From an uncultured Dehalococcoidia bacterium (GTDB taxonomy: Bacteria > Chloroflexota > Dehalococcoidia > Lucifugimonadales > UBA3495): DNA of 64,000 nt. Within the stretch, counting starts at the first letter, position 1. Every line of letters starts with the position of its first letter. The notes under the pieces were generated by a model that was given only the letters and a program-made list of their open reading frames with translations, did no database searches and had not been told where the DNA came from. Of this stretch, positions 1 to 8,552 are shown piece after piece. The DNA lies in contig CAZPMU010000006.1 in the NCBI GenBank assembly GCA_964587795.1, forward strand, positions 15,263 to 79,262. The letters are read 5' to 3'. The position numbers and the translations under genes are program-made.

Positions 1-57
1 ATCCTCCATCTCAATGGCGCGAAAGACGTCGGGGTCCTGCTGGGCGAGAAGGGACAT
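1..57 (-). CDS. 5' end (19 codons) of a serine hydroxymethyltransferase-like gene, cut by the window edge
   Basis: Reverse-strand ATG at 55-57 reads MSLLAQQDPDVFRAIEMED. This resembles the conserved DP-x-hydrophobic-x-x-I-x-x-E N-terminus of GlyA/SHMT. The fragment is too short for certainty. Confidence 0.4.
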   Translation of the reverse strand, partial: MSLLAQQDPDVFRAIEMED

Positions 58-198
58 AACAAAAGCCTGCCTTTTTTTGAGCAAATAAAAAGCCGGGCCA
101 CCAGCGCAACCGGGGGAGATGGCTACCAGAACCACTCCACCGCGCCGCGGCCAAGCCACGAATTCAGTATAACGGCAGGGAAGTTAGGGTGTCAAAGT

Positions 199-963
199 AT
201 GGGGGTGAGAATTGCGTATCATTTGGTAGGTAGATTAGAACGAAACAAAATGCTGTCTTGGGCCACTACACCCCAACGGAGATCCGCCATGCGGTACCCA
301 AATTGTCTGGTAGCCTTCCACGATGTTGAAGATGACTGGATTCAACAAGATTTTGACAACACCGAATACTACGTACCTTACGGCCGCGAATGTGCCATAT
401 GTCCGAGCTGTAAGATGCCGATTGTAGTTCTGTTGCGTTACGACAGAAATGTTCGATACAGTATCATGGGCGAACTAACTACATACCCACCGTTGGTCTC
501 GAAGCCCGACAGTATTTCTTCTGTTTCTGAGGAGGTTCCTTACAATCTGCGAGAAGATTTCTTGGAAGCTCGCAATGTTCTCCTAATCAGTCCAAAAGCC
601 TCAGCAACACTTTCCCGGCGTATATTACAAACGGATCTTGCGGATCAAGGATATGGGAACAGAGATCTAGCAAAGCAGATCGATGCTGTGTTGACGGAAT
701 CTGATCCTACGAAAATCCTACCCAATTATCTTCGACCAGTTATAGACGCTGTCCGTAACTTTGGCAACCTTTCCCCACACCCTGTTACGGACACTACAAC
801 CCTACAAATCATAGATGTGGAGCCTGAGGAAGCTGAATTTTGTTTGAAGATAGTAGAGGACTTGTTCGATCACTATTACATAAGGCCTTCAGTTAATGCA
901 AAGAAGATAGCGGAGTTCGACTCAAAACTCCAACAAGCTGGGAAACCACCGGTCAAGTCCTGA
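199..963 (+). CDS. DUF4145-like domain protein with a Cys-rich N-terminal region; function unknown
   Basis: The C-terminal half (NLREDFLEARNVLLISPKASATLSRRILQ...QIDAV...LRPVIDAVRNFGNLSPHP) matches the DUF4145 helical pattern. The N-terminus has CAICPSC. The ATG at 289 has a better GGAGA RBS and may be the true start. The gene is visibly AT-richer than its neighbours. Confidence 0.6.
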   Translation: MGVRIAYHLVGRLERNKMLSWATTPQRRSAMRYPNCLVAFHDVEDDWIQQDFDNTEYYVPYGRECAICPSCKMPIVVLLRYDRNVRYSIMGELTTYPPLVSKPDSISSVSEEVPYNLREDFLEARNVLLISPKASATLSRRILQTDLADQGYGNRDLAKQIDAVLTESDPTKILPNYLRPVIDAVRNFGNLSPHPVTDTTTLQIIDVEPEEAEFCLKIVEDLFDHYYIRPSVNAKKIAEFDSKLQQAGKPPVKS

Positions 964-1011
964 ATTTAGTCCATCAGAAGGACAAGGAGACATTTCGTCA
1001 CCCAAACCAAA

Positions 1012-1040
1012 AGGCCCGGCGCGTTGGACGCCGGGCCTTT
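1012..1040. terminator. GC hairpin between convergent genes (bidirectional terminator candidate)
   Basis: AGGCCCGGCG-cgttggac-GCCGGGCCT lies between the stop at 963 (+) and the stop at 1068 (-). Confidence 0.5.
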
Positions 1041-1067
1041 CCATACCTAACCGAAAAAGCCACCCCC

Positions 1068-1658
1068 CTACGGCCCTTCGACCCCCAGTTCCTCCTTCAA
1101 GTCGTCAATAACCTGGGTGCGGGAGCGGGTTTGCCAGCGGACCCGGGCGCCGATGGGCGTGTTTTCCACTTCCGGTTCCACCTTCAGGGCAACGAACACC
1201 GGCCCCGGCTGGCCCAGGATTTCCTCAATGCTGCTGGCGAAGTCCTCCAGGTTGTCGAAGGCGTAGGTGGCCGGGTAGCCCGACCCCCTGGCGATAACGT
1301 CGTACTCGATGTTCTTGGCGTTGGGCACGGGCTGCCCGCCGGTGGTGGCGTAGCACTCGTTGTCCAGCATGAAGTGGTAAAAATTCTTCGGGGCCTTCTC
1401 CGCAATGGTGGGCAGGGCGCCCATGTTCATCAACACGTCCCCCTCAGAATCGAAGAGAATCACCCGCTCCTCGGGCAGGGACAGCGCCACGCCCAGGCCA
1501 AAGGAGGCGTGCCCTCCCATGGCCGGGTCGCCCACGGGCAGGTCCCGGTTGGGTTGGTCACTGATCTGGGTCCAGTGCCGCCCGCCGCGGCCGGGGATGA
1601 CGATGGAGTTGCCCCGGTGGGGGGCAAAGGCCCTGAGCATATCTGCGGTGTCAATCAT
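1068..1658 (-). CDS. TPP-dependent decarboxylase beta subunit, sulfopyruvate/phosphonopyruvate decarboxylase family (ComE-like)
   Basis: 196-aa ORF with a TPP-binding motif region (GGHASFGLGVALS...LFDSEGDVLMNMGALPT...NECY). It sits directly downstream of an alpha-type partner. Confidence 0.75.
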   Translation of the reverse strand: MIDTADMLRAFAPHRGNSIVIPGRGGRHWTQISDQPNRDLPVGDPAMGGHASFGLGVALSLPEERVILFDSEGDVLMNMGALPTIAEKAPKNFYHFMLDNECYATTGGQPVPNAKNIEYDVIARGSGYPATYAFDNLEDFASSIEEILGQPGPVFVALKVEPEVENTPIGARVRWQTRSRTQVIDDLKEELGVEGP

Positions 1659-1675
1659 GCTGCCTCGCTAATTTA

Positions 1676-1767
1676 CATGGATGGACAGGATATACAGGAT
1701 AGTAACTTTGTCCTGCATGTAACGCACAGGGACATACAAAAAATCCTGCACATCCTGTATATCCATG
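1676..1767. repeat. Palindromic intergenic element, family 1 copy A (arms built from ACAGGAT units)
   Basis: Arm CATGGATGGACAGGATATACAGGAT (1676-1700) faces arm ATCCTGCACATCCTGTATATCCATG (1743-1767). Related copies lie at 20343-20404 and 32128-32182. Confidence 0.8.
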
Positions 1768-1789
1768 TTTGAATTTACAGAGTTTTTAT

Positions 1790-2308
1790 CTACCGGTTGA
1801 ACCCGTGGTACTCATCCCCCACCAGTACCGCCACCGGACGTCGGGTGCGGGACGCCTCCTCGAAGGCCACGGAAATGCGGGGGGCGTCCTCCCCGTTCTC
1901 CACCAGGTAGTACTGGATCCCGAAGGCATTCAGGAACCGCTCGGTGTAGGTGGCGGCGGTATCGGTGTTCACGCCGTGGCGCGTCCAGCCCCGATAGCCC
2001 ACCATCATCACTACCGGAATATTCAGGCTCAGGCCCCAGCCCCGCAGGGAGTCGCCCGATTCCATCATCCCGGTATTCTGGATGAGGATAACCGGCTTTT
2101 TGCCGCCCACGGTCAGGCCGGCGGCGGTGGAGAAGGCCTGCCCCTCGCGGCTGACGGGAATCAGGTCCAGGTCGGGGTCCGCCTCCATCAGCAGATAAAG
2201 GAAATTGGTCTCGCTGTCGGGCAGCCACACAACGTGGGTGACCCCGTTCTTCTTCATTTCAGCCATGACCACTTCAGGGCTGAGTTCGCCTTCCGCGTGC
2301 TGCGTCAT
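1790..2308 (-). CDS. TPP-dependent decarboxylase alpha subunit (ComD-like, N-terminal pyrimidine-binding domain)
   Basis: 172-aa ORF: VVWLPDSETNFLY...VSREGQAFSTAAGLTVGGKKPVILIQNTGMMESGDSL. This is typical of the split sulfopyruvate decarboxylase alpha chain. Confidence 0.75.
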   Translation of the reverse strand: MTQHAEGELSPEVVMAEMKKNGVTHVVWLPDSETNFLYLLMEADPDLDLIPVSREGQAFSTAAGLTVGGKKPVILIQNTGMMESGDSLRGWGLSLNIPVVMMVGYRGWTRHGVNTDTAATYTERFLNAFGIQYYLVENGEDAPRISVAFEEASRTRRPVAVLVGDEYHGFNR

Positions 2309-2641
2309 TCTCTATACCTGCCTTCGCCGGGCCATGCCCGTCAGCTTTGGATTGGCTTGATTATAGCCCCGGCAGGTGGCGTGTCAACTTTGGATGCAGG
2401 GGATGTTGGCGCTGGTCTTCGGAAGGTTGGTGACTTGCAGGGGTGGGGTTGAAACCCGCCCTTGCTCTTCCGGCAAAGGCATGGTCGCAGACCGGAGTCC
2501 TCCTACAGGGCCAACAGGGGCAGACCCGCGGGTCTGCCCCTGTCGCGGTGATCGTGTTCGGGGGAAATGGTAAGTGAGGGAATGTGGTGAGGGGCTGTGG
2601 CTCTCCACGCCATAGGCGCGGCGCGGTTCCGCCCTAGATTT

Positions 2642-2770
2642 CTACATGGCGACCAGGATGATTCCAGCAGCCAGAACCAGGACAACCGCCAGGATACAGA
2701 ACCAGACAACGCCGGTTCCCCGGTACCTCTTTTCGGTGGTACGGCCAATATAGACAGAACTCGGGGGCAT
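2642..2770 (-). CDS. Possible 42-aa single-pass membrane peptide
   Basis: The ATG at 2768-2770 is preceded by AAGGAG at good spacing. The product is MPPSSVYIGRTTEKRYRGTGVVWFCILAVVLVLAAGIILVAM. A second 44-aa hydrophobic ORF lies at 2866-3000 (-). No homology support. Confidence 0.3.
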   Translation of the reverse strand: MPPSSVYIGRTTEKRYRGTGVVWFCILAVVLVLAAGIILVAM

Positions 2771-3317
2771 GGCATTCTCCTTGTTTCGCGAGACTATTTG
2801 CGCGGATTCCAAAGACCCCTCCACATCACACCTCCATCCCTTTGACTGGACGCCGCATCAACGGTTCATTCCCCGTGCCGCAACGAGAGTAAGCGGCGGG
2901 AACCCTTGTCGCCGGAGCCATTCGGCAGTCTCTCCATTTGCCCTGCTACCCAGAAGAACATTAGCATGGCCACCGGAAACAGCAGTTGCAGCGTCAGCAT
3001 CCCTTCAACCCTTTCATCTGTCACATTGCGCCAAAACACTGCCGGAAAAGAGGGAACATTGGCCGGTAATGGCTTCGGTGTCGGTGCCAGAGTTATGCCT
3101 GGCCCTCTATTAATAATATTAGGTTAATACTGTAGGCGCCACACAAATTTATAATATATTCGTGAAACTTGCGAAGCCCAATGCAGGGCGCAGGGGTCGA
3201 GGCGCTGGGGCGGCGGAAAGCCGTTCCAGGAACCCGGGTTGACTTCGCCGTCGATGCCAACTAACGTCAGCACTTCAAGCCCGGTACCCTGCACCTGAAC
3301 TCCCGGCGAGAAGTGCT

Positions 3318-4160
3318 TTGGACTATATCCCCTACATCACCCTTGCCGAACTGGTAGAACGGTTCGACGTCATCCTCTTTGACTCCGACGGCGTTCTGGT
3401 CAGCTGGCCGTCCGCCATTCCCCACGCCCCCGAAGCCATCGCCATGCTCAACGCCCTGGGCAAGCCCTACTTCGTCCTGACCAACGACGCCTCCCAGGTC
3501 GCCGAGACCCGCGCCGCCCGCTACGCTGCGCTGGGCCTGGCCATCGACCCCGACAGAATCATCAGTTCCGGCATGCTGCTGAAGGCCTGGTTCCAGAACC
3601 GGGGCCTGCAGGGGGCAAGATGCGTCGTGCTGGGCACCGAGGACAGCGCCAAATACGCCAGGGAGGCCGGCGGGGAAGTGGTTGCTTTCGATGAGGACTT
3701 CGACGTGCTGGTGGTGGGCGACCAGGACGGCTTTCCCTTCCTGGATGCCACCCGCTCGGTCCTGACCACCCTGTTCCGCAAGCTGGACCGGGGCGATTTG
3801 CCCCGTCTGGTGGTCCCCAATCCCGACCTGTACTACCCGGAAAGGGACTGTTTCGGCTTTGCTAGCGGCACGGTGGCCGGTATGTTCGAGGCCGCCCTGG
3901 CCCTGCGCTACCCGGACCGCCCCGACCTCGCCTTCGCCCGTCTGGGCAAGCCCCACTCCGCCATGTTCGAAGAAGCCTTCCGCCGCGCCCACACCCGCAG
4001 CATGGTCATGATCGGCGACACCCCCAGCACGGATATCCGCGGGGCCAACAGCATGGGGATAGCGTCGGTACTGGTGGAGACTGGCGGGGGGTTGGTGGAC
4101 TTGGGGAAGTTGCCGGAGGGGGACAGACCGGGGTTCAGGTTGCGGGGGTTGGAATTATGA
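3318..4160 (+). CDS. HAD-superfamily hydrolase, subfamily IIA (NagD/CECR5-like)
   Basis: Motif I ILFDSDGVL, TNDAS, and motif IV GDTPSTDIRGANSMGIASVLVETG. Confidence 0.8.
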   Translation: MDYIPYITLAELVERFDVILFDSDGVLVSWPSAIPHAPEAIAMLNALGKPYFVLTNDASQVAETRAARYAALGLAIDPDRIISSGMLLKAWFQNRGLQGARCVVLGTEDSAKYAREAGGEVVAFDEDFDVLVVGDQDGFPFLDATRSVLTTLFRKLDRGDLPRLVVPNPDLYYPERDCFGFASGTVAGMFEAALALRYPDRPDLAFARLGKPHSAMFEEAFRRAHTRSMVMIGDTPSTDIRGANSMGIASVLVETGGGLVDLGKLPEGDRPGFRLRGLEL

Positions 4161-4216
4161 ACTTCCCCGCAATCTGGCCGTTCTCCAGGTAGTAAAATAC
4201 CCTTGGAGGACAGCTA

Positions 4217-4390
4217 ATGCCAAGAGCGGAAATTGACAGGCGGGCGCTGCGTATCGCAGAGCAACTCCACCACATGGCCGATGCCCAGCAGACAATTCTG
4301 TTCGGGTCGAGGGCGCGTGGCGACTACCGGAATGACTCCGCCCTTGACGCTTTGCCATTATTGTGTTGGTTTTACAAGACTGTTGTGTAA
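4217..4390 (+). pseudogene. Truncated minimal nucleotidyltransferase (MNT/MntA-type antitoxin) remnant
   Basis: A GGAGGA RBS precedes the ATG at 4217. The 57 codons read ...TILFGSRARGDYRNDSALDALPLL..., which is the GSxxxGD...SD-x-D NTase signature. The ORF stops right after the motif, whereas typical members are much longer. No HEPN partner is seen. Confidence 0.5.
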
Positions 4391-4535
4391 CTATCGCGGC
4401 AGGAAAGTGAATACCAATACATAAGCTAGAGTACCAATCTACCTGGGTCAGGTAGACCCCTTTTTTGCAAGCACTAACAGTTATGAATTGAATATGGGTC
4501 TGTAGAAGAAAATAGGACCAAGGTAAACCCTCCAA

Positions 4536-4565
4536 TTGACACCAACCCACCCCATCCCCGATAAT
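4536..4565 (+). promoter_or_regulatory. Sigma70-like promoter candidate upstream of the DUF1800 cassette
   Basis: TTGACA (4536-4541), an 18-nt spacer, then GATAAT (4560-4565). A TATAAT also occurs at 4576-4581. A 7-bp inverted repeat AATCATT-N10-AATGATT (4579-4602) lies before the RBS. Confidence 0.3.
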
Positions 4566-4631
4566 TGCCCCCAACTATAATCATTCGCAGACAACAATGA
4601 TTATTGAAGAAACCAACAAGGAGGATAGGCT

Positions 4632-6023
4632 ATGGCGAACCAGGATATAGCCCTGATGGCTCACCTAATGCGCCGCGCCGGTTTTGGCGCCACCCGCGAA
4701 GAGCTGGAAGCCCTGTGCGAAAAGGGTTACGAGAACGTGGTGGAAGAGCTGCTCAACCCCACGGAAGCACCCCTGGACCGCTTCGAAATGATGCGCTACC
4801 AGCCCTGGACCTGGCGGCCCGGCACCCTGCCCGGCATGGGCGCCGCCGAGTGGCTGTGGTGGATGCTCAACACCCGCCGGCCCTTGGAAGAGAAGATGAC
4901 CCTCTTCTGGCACCACATCTTCGCTACCGGCGTTTCCAAGGTCGACCACTACGATGAAATCCAGAACATGATCACCATGTTCCGCGAAAAGGGCATGGGC
5001 AACTACAAGGACCTCCTGGTGGAGATTGCCAAAAACCCGGCCATGATTTACTGGCTGGACAACAACGAGAACCACGCCGACGCGGTCAACGAGAACTGGG
5101 GCCGCGAGCTCCTGGAACTCTTCAGCATGGGCGTCGGCAACTACACCGAGGTTGACGTCCGCGAGTGCTCCCGGGCCTTCACCGGCTGGACCTTCGAAGC
5201 CAAGCTCCCCCGCGGTCCCCTGGGCCGCCACGACTGGCGCTTCGAGTACCGCCCCGAGGACCACGATAACGGCGAAAAGACTTTCCTGGGCGAGACCGGC
5301 AACTTCAACGGTGAGGACATTATCGACATCGTCTGCCAGCATCCCGCCACCGCGGGTTTCGTCGCCCGCCACCTGTACAACTTCTTCGTGGCCGACGAGG
5401 CGCAGGTCCCCGCCTGGCAGGTTACTCCCCCGGTGGACGAGGATGCCATCGACGCCCTGGCCGATGCTTTCATCGAGTCCGGCTACGATATGACGGCCAC
5501 CCTGCGTGTGCTGTTCAACTCCGATTTCTTCAAGAACGCCCGCTTCGCCAAGCTCAAGAGCCCGGCCGAGGTGGTGGTAGGCACCCTGAAGCTGGTGGGC
5601 GGCGCGGACTTCCCGGCCCCCGGCATTGGCGACCTTTCCCGCCAGCCCAACTACATGGGCCAGGACCTGCTCAATCCCCCCAGCGTGGAAGGGTGGCACA
5701 CCGGCGCCGAGTGGATCAACAGCGGCTCACTTATGCGCCGCATCAACTTCACCGCCGACATGGTGGGCGACACTTCCCGCCCCGGCGTCCAGTCCATCGT
5801 CAGCCGCCTGCGCAGCCAGGGCGACGTCGGTCCCGAGCAGTTCGTTGACACCTGCCTGGACCTGATGGGTCCGCTGGAAGTCAGCGCCGACACCCGCCAG
5901 GAACTGCTGGATCACGCCGTACCCGGCGGCAGCCTGACTTGGGGCGACGAGGCCGCGGCAACCGAGCGCGTGTCCGAACTGCTCCAGCTCATCGTCTCCC
6001 TGCGGGACTACCAGTACGCGTAA
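4632..6023 (+). CDS. DUF1800 family protein (cassette 1)
   Basis: N-terminal signature IALMAHLMRRAGFGATREELE and length typical of DUF1800. Paralog at 35083-36501. Confidence 0.85.
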   Translation: MANQDIALMAHLMRRAGFGATREELEALCEKGYENVVEELLNPTEAPLDRFEMMRYQPWTWRPGTLPGMGAAEWLWWMLNTRRPLEEKMTLFWHHIFATGVSKVDHYDEIQNMITMFREKGMGNYKDLLVEIAKNPAMIYWLDNNENHADAVNENWGRELLELFSMGVGNYTEVDVRECSRAFTGWTFEAKLPRGPLGRHDWRFEYRPEDHDNGEKTFLGETGNFNGEDIIDIVCQHPATAGFVARHLYNFFVADEAQVPAWQVTPPVDEDAIDALADAFIESGYDMTATLRVLFNSDFFKNARFAKLKSPAEVVVGTLKLVGGADFPAPGIGDLSRQPNYMGQDLLNPPSVEGWHTGAEWINSGSLMRRINFTADMVGDTSRPGVQSIVSRLRSQGDVGPEQFVDTCLDLMGPLEVSADTRQELLDHAVPGGSLTWGDEAAATERVSELLQLIVSLRDYQYA

Positions 6024-6110
6024 TCCTTGAGAGTCACTGGGGCGGCCATGGCCAAAGGCCGCCCCGGCAAGCATTAGCAAGAAACCAGAATCTTCCAGGA
6101 GGAAACAGCA

Positions 6111-7238
6111 ATGGCCTCAACCAAGAAAGACCCCGTGCTGGTGGTCCTGCAGCTTACCGGCGGCAATGACTACCTGAACACGGTAATTCCCTTTACCGAC
6201 CCCCTTTACCGCGACAACCGCCCTGCAGTGGGCGTGGCCGATGAGCGCATTCTGAAGCTCAACGACAAGGTAGGCCTGCACCCCACCATGGGCCCCATGA
6301 AGAACTTGTTTGACCAGGGTAACCTGGCCATCATTCACGGCGTGGGCTATCACAACGCCCCCCGTTCCCACTTCCGCTCCATGGACATTTGGCACACCTG
6401 CGAGCCAGACAAGCTGGGCACCGAGGGCTGGCTGGGCCGCGCCACCAAGGAAATCGACCCCAACAAGGAAAACGTGGTAACCGCTGTCAGCTTCGGCCCC
6501 AGCCTGCCCCGCGCCCTGGCCCTGCCCGGCGTGCCGGTGGCCTGCGTGGACGACCTGGACTCCTTCGGTCTGCTGACCGGCATCAACGAGGCCGAGCAGC
6601 GGGACAAGATTCTTGACCGCTTCACCCGCCTTTACTCCCCCACCATCGGCACCGGCGCCGTGATGGACTACCTGGGCCAGACCGGCCTGGATTCCATGAA
6701 GGCTGCCGACATCCTGAAGGTGGCCCCCCAGATGTATTCCTCCAGCATCGAGTACCCCGACACCTCCATCGCTTCCAAGCTGAAGGGCATCTCCCAGGTG
6801 CACCAGGCCAACCTGGGCACCCGCGTCTTCTACTGCGACCACGGCAGCTTCGACAGCCACTCAAACCAGGTGGGCATGCACGACAAGCTCTGGATCGACG
6901 TTTCCCAGGCCGTGGAGAGCTTCTTCGACGACCTGCGCGAAAATGACGCCGCCGACAATGTCATCATGCTGATGTTCACCGAGTTCGGCCGCCGGGTCCA
7001 CGACAACGGCTCCGGCACCGACCACGGCGCTGGCGGCGTGGCCTTCCTGGCTGGCGATGCCATCAAGGGCGGCGAGTACGGCGAATACCCGTCCCTGCGC
7101 CCCGAGCACCTGGAACAGGGCGACCTGGTCCCCCACACCGACTTCCGCAGCGTCTATACCGCCATCGCTGAAGACTGGATGGGCATGGACGCCCAGCCCC
7201 TGGTGGGCGGCGTGTTCGAGAAGCCGGCTTATTTCTAG
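6111..7238 (+). CDS. DUF1501 family protein (sulfatase/alkaline-phosphatase-like fold; cassette 1)
   Basis: Motifs VVLQLTGGNDYLNTVIP, PRSHFRSMDIWHT, FTEFGRRVHDNGSGTDHGAGG. No N-terminal signal is visible. Paralog at 33924-35060. Confidence 0.85.
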   Translation: MASTKKDPVLVVLQLTGGNDYLNTVIPFTDPLYRDNRPAVGVADERILKLNDKVGLHPTMGPMKNLFDQGNLAIIHGVGYHNAPRSHFRSMDIWHTCEPDKLGTEGWLGRATKEIDPNKENVVTAVSFGPSLPRALALPGVPVACVDDLDSFGLLTGINEAEQRDKILDRFTRLYSPTIGTGAVMDYLGQTGLDSMKAADILKVAPQMYSSSIEYPDTSIASKLKGISQVHQANLGTRVFYCDHGSFDSHSNQVGMHDKLWIDVSQAVESFFDDLRENDAADNVIMLMFTEFGRRVHDNGSGTDHGAGGVAFLAGDAIKGGEYGEYPSLRPEHLEQGDLVPHTDFRSVYTAIAEDWMGMDAQPLVGGVFEKPAYF

Positions 7239-7272
7239 GCGGGACGCCAAATAACGAACTGGAGAGTGCACA

Positions 7273-8343
7273 ATGCTAACGCAAGTAGCAGCCGGGCGCA
7301 CTTACGACTTCAGCCATTCCGTGGGACGGGGCGCCCAATCGGGCATGGGATTCAGCCAGCCCGTGGCCGCCGCCCAGGGTCCCAACGGAGTGGTGTACGT
7401 CGTCAACCGCGGCAGCGAGGGGATCAGCAACGTCTCCTGGAACCGCACCGGTTACGGCGCCCGCGTATCACAGATCACTATCGGCTCCGAGTGGGGCCAG
7501 GAAGAGTTCCTGGGCGAGTTCTCCAAGTACGGTAACGGTAATGGGGAATTCATCTGGGGTTCCGGCGTAGTCATCGACAGCCAGGGCCGGGTCTATATTT
7601 CCGACGAATGGCTGAACCAGGTAAACGTCTACGACGCGGAAGGCAACTTCCTCAACCGCTGGAGCACCCTCGAGACTGACGATGGTGGCGAGCATGGTAC
7701 CGCCAGTCTTGCCATCGATGCCAGCGACAACATCTACCTGACTGATGGCCGCAGCCACGAAGTCCGCAAGTTCACCGCCGACGGCCAGTTCCTGGCTTCC
7801 TGGGGCAGCTTCGGCTCCGGCAACGGCCAGTTCAACGCACCGTGGGGCATCACCCTTGACCAGGCCGGCAACATTTATGTGGCCGACCACCGCAACCACC
7901 GGGTCCAGAAGTTCACCGCCGACGGCCGGTGGCTGGCCTCCATCGGCGGCCCCGGCTCCGGTCGCGGGCAGCTTCACCTGCCCACCGCCGTGGCCGTGGA
8001 CCCCGAGGGCGACGTCTATGTCGCCGACTGGAGCGATAATGGCCAGCACCCCGGCAGGGTCCATATCTTCGATGCCGAGGGCAACTTCATCATCACCCTG
8101 ATCGGAGATGCCATGGAACTTTCCGCCTGGGCCAAGCTGACGGTGGACGCTAATGCGGACTACCTTAAGCGCCGCCGGGAAGTCAACCTGCAGAACATGG
8201 AGTCGGAATGGCGGTTCGCCCTGCCCACCGGCCTGATGTACGATGCGGCCAACAACCGCCTGCTGGTGGTGGACAGCCAGCGCAGTCGCTTCCAGATATA
8301 CAACAAGGTCAGCGGTTACATGGTCCCCCAGATGAACCTGTAA
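7273..8343 (+). CDS. NHL-repeat beta-propeller protein (cassette 1)
   Basis: Repeated G-x-G-x-G-Q/E-F-x-x-P-x-G-I/V-x-x-D...Y-V/I-x-D units occur about six times. Paralog at 32746-33750. Confidence 0.85.
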   Translation: MLTQVAAGRTYDFSHSVGRGAQSGMGFSQPVAAAQGPNGVVYVVNRGSEGISNVSWNRTGYGARVSQITIGSEWGQEEFLGEFSKYGNGNGEFIWGSGVVIDSQGRVYISDEWLNQVNVYDAEGNFLNRWSTLETDDGGEHGTASLAIDASDNIYLTDGRSHEVRKFTADGQFLASWGSFGSGNGQFNAPWGITLDQAGNIYVADHRNHRVQKFTADGRWLASIGGPGSGRGQLHLPTAVAVDPEGDVYVADWSDNGQHPGRVHIFDAEGNFIITLIGDAMELSAWAKLTVDANADYLKRRREVNLQNMESEWRFALPTGLMYDAANNRLLVVDSQRSRFQIYNKVSGYMVPQMNL

Positions 8344-8388
8344 CCCGGCGTCCCGGTTCCCGCCAGCGGGAAGTGTAACGGACAAGAA

Positions 8389-8420
8389 GGGGCGGGTTTA
8401 CAATCCGCCCCTTCTCTTTG
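8389..8420 (+). terminator. Hairpin terminator candidate after cassette 1
   Basis: GGGGCGG-gtttacaat-CCGCCCC followed by ttctctttgg. It belongs to the GGGGCGGG...CCCGCCCC hairpin family. Confidence 0.55.
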
Positions 8421-8552
8421 GTCGAATTTGTGGCGGCATCCTACTTTCCATTGCGTCTGGCGTCTGGCAGGGTAGAATAACGCTGTTCAGAGGAACTGAA
8501 ACGCCGCCATGCCAGCGATTGCCAGGCGAAGGAAGGAAAGGGATAAGGATAG

